From assembly GCA_964538435.1 (NCBI GenBank), contig CAZIDX010000003.1:15948-79947 (forward strand): a stretch of DNA of 64,000 nt. The letters are read 5' to 3'. The position numbers and the translations under genes are program-made. This stretch comes from an uncultured Gammaproteobacteria bacterium (GTDB lineage: Bacteria > Patescibacteriota > Patescibacteriia > UBA9934 > GWF2-40-263). Positions 58,147-64,000 of this stretch are shown in pieces. The notes under the pieces were generated by a model. The model made no database searches and was not told where the DNA came from. It saw nothing but the letters and a program-made list of their open reading frames with translations. Positions within the stretch are counted from its first letter, which is position 1. Every line of letters begins with the position of its first letter.

Positions 58147-58731
58147 TTAAATGCCTAGGAATCGCCTCAATATCACATCCGCCTTATTTGCCACTCCTTT
58201 AAACTTCATGGACCCGTCAATAACCTCATGCGCATGCACCTGAAGCGGAACAACGATCTCCCGCTGCGCCGGAAGCGCAACACTTCTGTGATACTCAACA
58301 TCATAATCAGGCTGACGCAAAAGCCGCCTCTCAAGCGCAGTCTCTTCATCAACATCAAGCCACAGCCTAAGATCAAACATGTTGCGTATACGTTCATCAG
58401 AAAAAAGCTGCAACCCCTCCGCAAGAATCACAGGTGCTGGCGTGTAAAGCATCTCCCCTGTTGCTGCGCAAAGCCTGCGATTATAAATAGGAACAAAAAC
58501 CTCATTACCCTCACGAAGCTCTTTCAAAGCCTCAAGCACAGCATCCAGGTGTAAACTCTCAGGCAAATCCCAATGAGGTCGTCCATCCTCAAGCTTTGGG
58601 CAATCAACTGCATCCTTATAAAAATCATCTAACCTAAAACGCTTTACTCCTCCCTGCGCCTCCAAGTGATCTGCCAGCGTTGACTTCCCTGCCCCAGAAA
58701 GCCCAGCCAGTCCAATGAGAAAAGGTTTCAT
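58147..58731 (-). CDS. Uridine kinase-like P-loop kinase
   Basis: IGLAGLSGAGKST, LDDFY, WDLPESL, AEGL, LERRLLR. Confidence 0.85.
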   Translation of the reverse strand: MKPFLIGLAGLSGAGKSTLADHLEAQGGVKRFRLDDFYKDAVDCPKLEDGRPHWDLPESLHLDAVLEALKELREGNEVFVPIYNRRLCAATGEMLYTPAPVILAEGLQLFSDERIRNMFDLRLWLDVDEETALERRLLRQPDYDVEYHRSVALPAQREIVVPLQVHAHEVIDGSMKFKGVANKADVILRRFLGI

Positions 58732-58797
58732 ATCGACCTCAGTGTAACGCGATTGATTCAGAGTTTCAAGAATAGAAAAACCGAGCAGATGCCCGGT

Positions 58798-59124
58798 CTA
58801 GTGTCGCTCAGCGAGAATGGCATAGGTGACTGCCATCTGCTCGCCTGGCACTGTCGAGTCCCGAAAGTACTCGACAAGTTCGTTGTCAGAGAGCATACGT
58901 TGCACATCACTGCGCATAAGCCCCCTACCGCGACCATGCACAAGCTTTACCACTCGCTCACCAGCCATGAACTGCTGGTCAACAAACTGCTCAGCCATTT
59001 TCACGCCGTCATGCGTGTCTACAGCTGCGTGCAGATCGCACTCAGGTGCGCCACCAAGCTCTGCAGCCATAAGCGCAACCTCGTACTCACGTGTGCGTTG
59101 TGAGAAGCTATCATGTCGACCCAT
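58798..59124 (-). CDS. Stand-alone Smr/MutS2-C domain protein
   Basis: CDLH, LVHGRGRGLMR. Confidence 0.8.
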   Translation of the reverse strand: MGRHDSFSQRTREYEVALMAAELGGAPECDLHAAVDTHDGVKMAEQFVDQQFMAGERVVKLVHGRGRGLMRSDVQRMLSDNELVEYFRDSTVPGEQMAVTYAILAERH

Positions 59125-59134
59125 AGAAATGTGT

Positions 59135-59317
59135 TTACCCGCCCTTTCTGGGCGAGAGCCTGCAAGAGGCTTTTTCCAAGATCCCCACTGTCACACCAAG
59201 CGGCACAACAATGAAGAGCGGCGTGATCAGCAATGTAGCTCCCACCCCAACCTTCGCACAAGCACCAAGAGCCACCACCGCGCACCGCAGCACAGGGAAC
59301 CTACTCTTCTTCATCAC
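59135..59317 (-). CDS. Small hydrophobic hypothetical protein
   Basis: SD GGAGGT; co-oriented with the Smr gene. Confidence 0.45.
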   Translation of the reverse strand: MMKKSRFPVLRCAVVALGACAKVGVGATLLITPLFIVVPLGVTVGILEKASCRLSPRKGG

Positions 59318-59356
59318 TCACCTCCAAAAGAGTTAGTAAATTCCATCACTCCCCCA

Positions 59357-59470
59357 CGCAAGCAACAAATGAGATTTCTAGATTACGTAGCGAGGTGGTG
59401 GTCATCTATACGGCGAGATGGCCCGGCTCCGCCGAGCGAAGTAATCTATAAATCTCATTTGTTACGCAGC
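59357..59470 (+). repeat. Hairpin element copy H
   Basis: AACAAATGAGATTTCTAGATTAC-core-GTAATCTATAAATCTCATTTGTT. Confidence 0.88.
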
Positions 59471-59480
59471 CACACCCTAC

Positions 59481-60449
59481 CTATTCATTATCATCTTCGT
59501 CAACAATTTCTCTCCCAATAATCTCCTCAACAACATCCTCAAGCGTCACAATCCCCACAAACTTCCCACTCTTTTCCGTCACATGCGCCATATGCGCCTT
59601 ATTCTTAATCATCATGTTCAAGAGCGTATCAAGCCTCCTTCGCCTTGATACATGAAACATACCAGCTGTGCGCATCACCTTCTCAACTGTGAACTTATCA
59701 TCTGGATCAACCCCAATAAGATCCTTTGCGTAAAGCGTTCCAACAATCATGTTTTTGCTACCAGAATAAACTGGAATGCGCGTATACCCACTCTCCTTTA
59801 TCAAAAGGAGCCCCTTCTTATCAAGAACGAGTGACTTTGATATCTGATGTACATATTTTCGTGGAGTCATCACATCCTCAACATGCTTTTCAGAATACGT
59901 AAGCGCACCAAGCAAAATCCTCTCCTCATCAGCATCAACCGAAGACCGCGGATCATCTTCATGCATCTTGATAATCTGCTGCAGCTCCCGCTTTGACCAC
60001 ACGGTTCGCATCTCCTCTCCAAGCACACGATCCAGTACCCATGCAATCGGTTTTGCAATCGGATACAAAATAATCATCACAAGCTCAACAATCCAAGCCG
60101 TGCGAGAACCAATCTCAAGCGCAAAGCGTGCACAGGTGGCCTGAGGAATAATCTCCCCAAAAATCACAATGAGTCCAGTTGCAACAACTCCAGCAACCAC
60201 ACCACTTGCAACACTTCCTAAAATAATAGAAACCGCTGCGTTCACCGCAACGTTTCCAAGCAAAAGTGAGACAAGCAGCAAGTTCCCGCGCCTGCGCACC
60301 CGAAATACCCGTTTTGCCTCTGCATCCCCAAGCTCAGCCTTACGCTCAAGCTCAGTTCTGTCCAAACTGTAAAGCCCGAGCGTGAGCCCTGAAAACAAGG
60401 CTGAAAACACGAGCAAAATGAGTAGCGATATCCAAGTCAGTGGATCCAT
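59481..60449 (-). CDS. CNNM/DUF21 + CBS-pair membrane protein (CorB-like Mg2+ transport family), no CorC domain
   Basis: FSGLTLGLYSLD, LLLGNVAVN, FGEIIPQA, VMTP, GYTRIPVY, GIVTLEDVVEEIIGREIVDE. Confidence 0.92.
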   Translation of the reverse strand: MDPLTWISLLILLVFSALFSGLTLGLYSLDRTELERKAELGDAEAKRVFRVRRRGNLLLVSLLLGNVAVNAAVSIILGSVASGVVAGVVATGLIVIFGEIIPQATCARFALEIGSRTAWIVELVMIILYPIAKPIAWVLDRVLGEEMRTVWSKRELQQIIKMHEDDPRSSVDADEERILLGALTYSEKHVEDVMTPRKYVHQISKSLVLDKKGLLLIKESGYTRIPVYSGSKNMIVGTLYAKDLIGVDPDDKFTVEKVMRTAGMFHVSRRRRLDTLLNMMIKNKAHMAHVTEKSGKFVGIVTLEDVVEEIIGREIVDEDDNE

Positions 60450-60455
60450 AAATGA

Positions 60456-61328
60456 TTACAATGTTTCTTTTTGATGAGACACCATTTTAATCGCATCCTT
60501 CACATCACGCAATGTGATCTTTTGCCCCTCAGGTTCATTTCGATGCCCCCAATTGCGATCAAGTCCAAATGTAAACCCACCAAATCTTTCAAACAAATGA
60601 AGTGCGTACGGTGATTCCTGGACATAAATAAGACCTCTCCCATGCTCAACAATAATCATCGGGGTCGGCTCACCAATCTCATCAAACATCATCCGAGAAA
60701 TACGAGGTCGAAGCTGCGCATCCGCACGCGTAGTCACAACCAAAAACTCTCTCCATGTCTGCCTCTGCTCCCAAGCTTTGCGAGCCTGTCGCTGTTTGCG
60801 CTCTTCTGTCTTCGGATTCTTGTGATGCGCAGTAAGCTCATCCATGTACGCAAGCACACGACCAATCTCCTCATGCGAATACCCAGCCTCCTGAAGCGCC
60901 CACAAATATCCTCGATCCTGAATCCCAATCCCACGAACCATCTTTGGATCAAAGCCCATCTTCTTAAGCTGAGCATCTGTAATCTCAAACATCTCCAAAA
61001 ACTGCTCAAGTGATGACAACAAAAGCTTCCCATCAGGACCATGAGCGCGGGCAAGGCCTGTGTAGTGATGATGATCAATAATCACAACATCCACACCAGA
61101 CGATCGAAGCTTCGTCTCTGACTCCACACCAGGCATCTCAACAATAATTGCCTTCGTGTATCCCCCATCAACCACTTGAGCAACATAATCATGCCCCTTA
61201 TCAAGCGACGCCCCATGAAGCTGATGCGACTCAATCACAGGCATGCCTATTTTCAAAGCAATCTGATGAATAAGCACTGCCTCAGCATCATTTGTGGGAA
61301 CAATAAGTACCGTTTTCGAATAATCCAT
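60456..61328 (-). CDS. DHH-superfamily phosphoesterase, NrN-like
   Basis: NDAE, IVEMP, IIDHHHY, SSLEQ, QDRGYLWALQEAGYSHEEI. Confidence 0.7.
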   Translation of the reverse strand: MDYSKTVLIVPTNDAEAVLIHQIALKIGMPVIESHQLHGASLDKGHDYVAQVVDGGYTKAIIVEMPGVESETKLRSSGVDVVIIDHHHYTGLARAHGPDGKLLLSSLEQFLEMFEITDAQLKKMGFDPKMVRGIGIQDRGYLWALQEAGYSHEEIGRVLAYMDELTAHHKNPKTEERKQRQARKAWEQRQTWREFLVVTTRADAQLRPRISRMMFDEIGEPTPMIIVEHGRGLIYVQESPYALHLFERFGGFTFGLDRNWGHRNEPEGQKITLRDVKDAIKMVSHQKETL

Positions 61329-61345
61329 AGTAGCTACAGTATAGC

Positions 61346-61376
61346 AAAACGCGGCGCCTTTCGTAGGACGCCGCGT
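61346..61376 (-). terminator. Terminator closing the right-hand ORFan cluster
   Basis: ACGCGGCGTCC-TACGAA-AGGCGCCGCGT-TTT. Confidence 0.7.
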
Positions 61377-61409
61377 CTCGTAGAGTCGCAAGGACTCAGG
61401 TTGAGTTGC

Positions 61410-62033
61410 TCAACCAAGAACAGCCGTGAACATGGCTGCATGTTGCCGATGCGTTTCCTTCATCACGACATCGAGCGTCTCCAAGCGCTTGAGCCCAAGG
61501 AGCCGACGAATGCCGTTGACGTAGTCAAGGCCACGGAACAAGAACTCATAGTGGAGCCAGAGGTCACCATCGAGCAAACCGCCGCCACCCATTCCACCAG
61601 ACACACCACCAACGACTTCCCAGCCATCGAGGCGCGTCTCCGGCACGAACGAACGTTCGTAAATGGTGGCCATACCAACACCGACGGGAAGACGCTTCAG
61701 CTCGGTCCTGCACATAGCAACGTACTGATCGACCTGCTCTGCAGTCATGCTGTAGATATCATCCGGCTCGCAAAAGCCAGGATCCTCAAAGATGGTCACG
61801 GAACACCCATCTTCAGGATGCTCACAGCAACCCCAGGCCACGCCATTGAGGTACCGCAGGAGCCGACGCATGCGCCGACGCGTGATCCACGCAGGGACCA
61901 TGTCGACCGGGATGGTCAAAAAGATCTGACCACCGTAGTCACCCTCGAAAACGTACCAACGACGATTCTCTGTCGGCTGCACATCGCTGTTCATCCGACA
62001 ATTGGTCCACTTGGGACCACGAAGCTTGCTCAT
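61410..62033 (-). CDS. Hypothetical protein
   Basis: SD AAGGGGAG, coding-like GC3 bias. Confidence 0.7.
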   Translation of the reverse strand: MSKLRGPKWTNCRMNSDVQPTENRRWYVFEGDYGGQIFLTIPVDMVPAWITRRRMRRLLRYLNGVAWGCCEHPEDGCSVTIFEDPGFCEPDDIYSMTAEQVDQYVAMCRTELKRLPVGVGMATIYERSFVPETRLDGWEVVGGVSGGMGGGGLLDGDLWLHYEFLFRGLDYVNGIRRLLGLKRLETLDVVMKETHRQHAAMFTAVLG

Positions 62034-62168
62034 GGACTCTCCCCTTGAGACTCTGTCACAAACAAATGCTTATGACATTCCCGAAAAGCACGATTTCTCC
62101 TGCTCTTTGGAAACGCGAGCTCTAGCATGAGCTCGCCGTTCCTCCTAGCGCCGCAGAGGGCGCCTGTA

Positions 62169-62708
62169 TCAGTCCTGCAGACCCTGAACGGCCGCAAGGA
62201 CTGGTTGGGAGATGTGATCGTAGTCACAAACCCTCTGCCGACCAGTCTCCACCGTGACCCTCAAGGTCAGGAAGAAGCCTGTGTCGCGACAGCTCCACCA
62301 GTCGTGACTGATGTTGAGCTCGAGCAGGCGACCGTCAGCCAGACGGAAGGACTCACCTTCTCCATCTCGCTTGTTGTACCAGTCGCCTTCCTGCATACCC
62401 ACGATCTCGTCCTGGTCCAGGAGTACCTGAGCCTCATCCGAGATGTTCACACGCACAGGAAGCACCTCTCCTGTCTCAGAGAGTGTGAGCGTCTGAACCC
62501 GAGTCTCCTCGATCTTCTTGACGATCCTCGTCTTCTGATCGACGGGCTTGCAGGAGCCATCGCACTCGCCTTCTGGGTAGGCACCGTAGCCCTGCGACTC
62601 ATCCCAATCATCGATGAGCTGGACCTTGAAATGCCTCGCCCCATCGCACACCATGTACGTATCCGTGCCGCAGCTAGAACGCTCGGCGTAGATTCTCGGC
62701 TGACTCAT
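62169..62708 (-). CDS. Hypothetical protein
   Basis: SD GGAGGA before MSQPRIY. Confidence 0.7.
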   Translation of the reverse strand: MSQPRIYAERSSCGTDTYMVCDGARHFKVQLIDDWDESQGYGAYPEGECDGSCKPVDQKTRIVKKIEETRVQTLTLSETGEVLPVRVNISDEAQVLLDQDEIVGMQEGDWYNKRDGEGESFRLADGRLLELNISHDWWSCRDTGFFLTLRVTVETGRQRVCDYDHISQPVLAAVQGLQD

Positions 62709-62863
62709 GATTCCTCCTGAAGTAAAACCCCAACCTGACACATGTCAGCTCGGGAGGAATGAATTCCCCTTCCTGAAAAATCGATCCCTCAATCTCTCAG
62801 GAAGAGTACCCCAGACTTAGATTGGATACCCCTCTGTCTGCCTCCGCAAGGGAGGGCTGGGGG

Positions 62864-63037
62864 TTACGTAACGGGACTCGTCTCCACCCGCTTGATCACG
62901 ACGCCGCGGCGACGAATCAAGACCACCTTGTTCTGAGGCGGCTCGGGCTCGGGCTTCTTGCGAAGCTCGGCCGGGCTGGTGGTGAACCACGCGCGAGCGC
63001 GGCGGACGATACCAAAGGACTGGGTCAGTGCCTGCAT
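62864..63037 (-). CDS. Small basic hypothetical protein (57 aa), not in the ORF track
   Basis: GAGGAGGAGAT-ATG; MQALTQSFGIVRRARAW...KRVETSPVT*. Confidence 0.6.
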   Translation of the reverse strand: MQALTQSFGIVRRARAWFTTSPAELRKKPEPEPPQNKVVLIRRRGVVIKRVETSPVT

Positions 63038-63178
63038 ATCTCCTCCTCATGGATGCAGTTCTGTGTAAGCAGATCTCCAAATCGACTTGCACAGAATCAC
63101 ATCAACCTCTCAAAACCTCCCAGCACTGGCTTAGTTGAGGTGCTAGACTGTTGCCAGACTAGCCGTCCCCCAGCTCTC

Positions 63179-63562
63179 CTAGTACCAATCGGAAACACAG
63201 CACCAACGACCCTCTTCAAACTCAACATAGTCTCCGTAGTACTCATCTCCTCCCCAAGCGTCCCAATCAGCGTCAGTTCGTGGAATTCCATCCCGCTCAA
63301 GTTCCTCGATCCACTTCATGACCTGCACCTTCGTTTCCTCAGGCAGCCAGTGAAGTTTCTCGTCTCCCTCGACATCAGGATGTGAAAACCAAATCCACGT
63401 CTTCTGATCTTCATCATTCGGCCCCACAGCCTTCCAACCACCTTCAAGTCGCATATTCAGAGCACGGACCACGTCCCAAGCATGTTCAAGACCGAGGCCC
63501 CATACATACTCCATACCCTTCTTGCAGAACATGTCGATGATACGAGCTTCGAAATCGTACAT
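63179..63562 (-). CDS. Hypothetical acidic, Trp-rich protein
   Basis: SD CAGGAGG before MYDFEAR. Confidence 0.7.
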   Translation of the reverse strand: MYDFEARIIDMFCKKGMEYVWGLGLEHAWDVVRALNMRLEGGWKAVGPNDEDQKTWIWFSHPDVEGDEKLHWLPEETKVQVMKWIEELERDGIPRTDADWDAWGGDEYYGDYVEFEEGRWCCVSDWY

Positions 63563-63730
63563 AGTTTCCTCCTGTTGTTTGAAACGAAATCTTTTCGACA
63601 AACTCAGGATTTCACTATGACCAACCTCTCAAAGCTCCCCAGCATCAGCTCAGTTGAGGTGCCCGCCACACAAGGTGCAGCGAGCAGTCTTGCTCCGCGA
63701 GGAGCGAAGATTCGTACCCCAGAACTTGAT

Positions 63731-63903
63731 CTAGCCGGCCATTGTGACCTCCATAAACCGGAAGGTCGCCTGCTCGATCTCTTCGACGGTGTACTCCCGC
63801 CGATCCGTCAGGCGCGGAAGACCGCCCACCTGAATGATCAGCAGATCGTCACCAATAGTCAGCACGTACGTTGAGGGTGCGGGACGAAGAAATCTTGAGA
63901 CAT
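63731..63903 (-). other. Possible short or frameshifted ORF
   Basis: The SD-led ATG at 63903 gives only 14 aa. The coding-looking frame (VLTIGDDLLIIQ...TMAG) is shifted relative to it. Confidence 0.3.
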
Positions 63904-64000
63904 GTTCACCTTCTTCTTGATGTTGACCTCTCAGAGCACCGGCGAATCCGGAACTCAATTGAGGTGCCAAATATTGCTACTTGGCCGTGTCCCCACTGTC

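Larger units (their letters stand above)
63104..63996 (-). repeat. Three copies of an intergenic two-hairpin motif (63104..63173, 63623..63722, 63925..63996)
   Basis: TGGGG(N)AC..[hairpin]GCACCTCAAYT[hairpin]TGAGAGGT. Confidence 0.75.

Noticed and set aside
36651-59470. Canonical integron attC sites
   Set aside because: There are no RYYYAAC/GTTRRRY ends, conservation is central rather than terminal, and no integrase is in the window.
63104-63996. TPP riboswitch (GGGG...UGAGA)
   Set aside because: Element order is wrong, there is no CCUGAU/GCGUAGGGAA half, and no thiamine genes are downstream.
61410-64000. Definite prophage
   Set aside because: Only small ORFans are visible, with no structural, terminase or integrase genes in the window.
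1-64000. Alternative genetic code (TGA = Gly, code 25)
   Set aside because: Conserved genes are full length under code 11, and cmk ends at TGA at the expected length.

Overview
This is a 64-kb chromosomal segment of a small-genome bacterium. It is very likely Patescibacteria/CPR (an ABY1/Uhrbacteria-like lineage is my inference), and TGA is used as a stop codon. The backbone is housekeeping: cca, rluD, cmk, rplS, uvrA, secG, rnj, trpS, ruvA, rnpB, tRNA-Val(GAC) and an unusual tRNA-Ile(UAU). There is a surface-protein locus (a 2194-aa giant protein plus a cohesin/dockerin/cohesin trio), a DsbA + Cys-rich pilin pair and a glycosylation cluster. Between these sit GC-richer units of one or two genes, most with a near-consensus sigma70 promoter and a Shine-Dalgarno site. 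The most notable unexplained signals are: (1) two promoter-to-terminator units of about 370 and 770 nt with no credible ORF, dense stem-loops and a shared 14-mer (candidate novel ncRNAs); (2) eight co-oriented ~100-bp hairpin elements with a fixed core and covarying arms; (3) a two-gene operon pairing a DHH phosphoesterase resembling the type III CRISPR SAM-AMP nuclease NrN with a CNNM/CBS membrane protein, with no cas genes in the window; (4) a repeated two-hairpin motif between ORFans at 61.4-64 kb; (5) a tRNA-Val / truncated GIY-YIG / tRNA-Val-like unit. All family assignments are by eye and from memory, and no searches were run.
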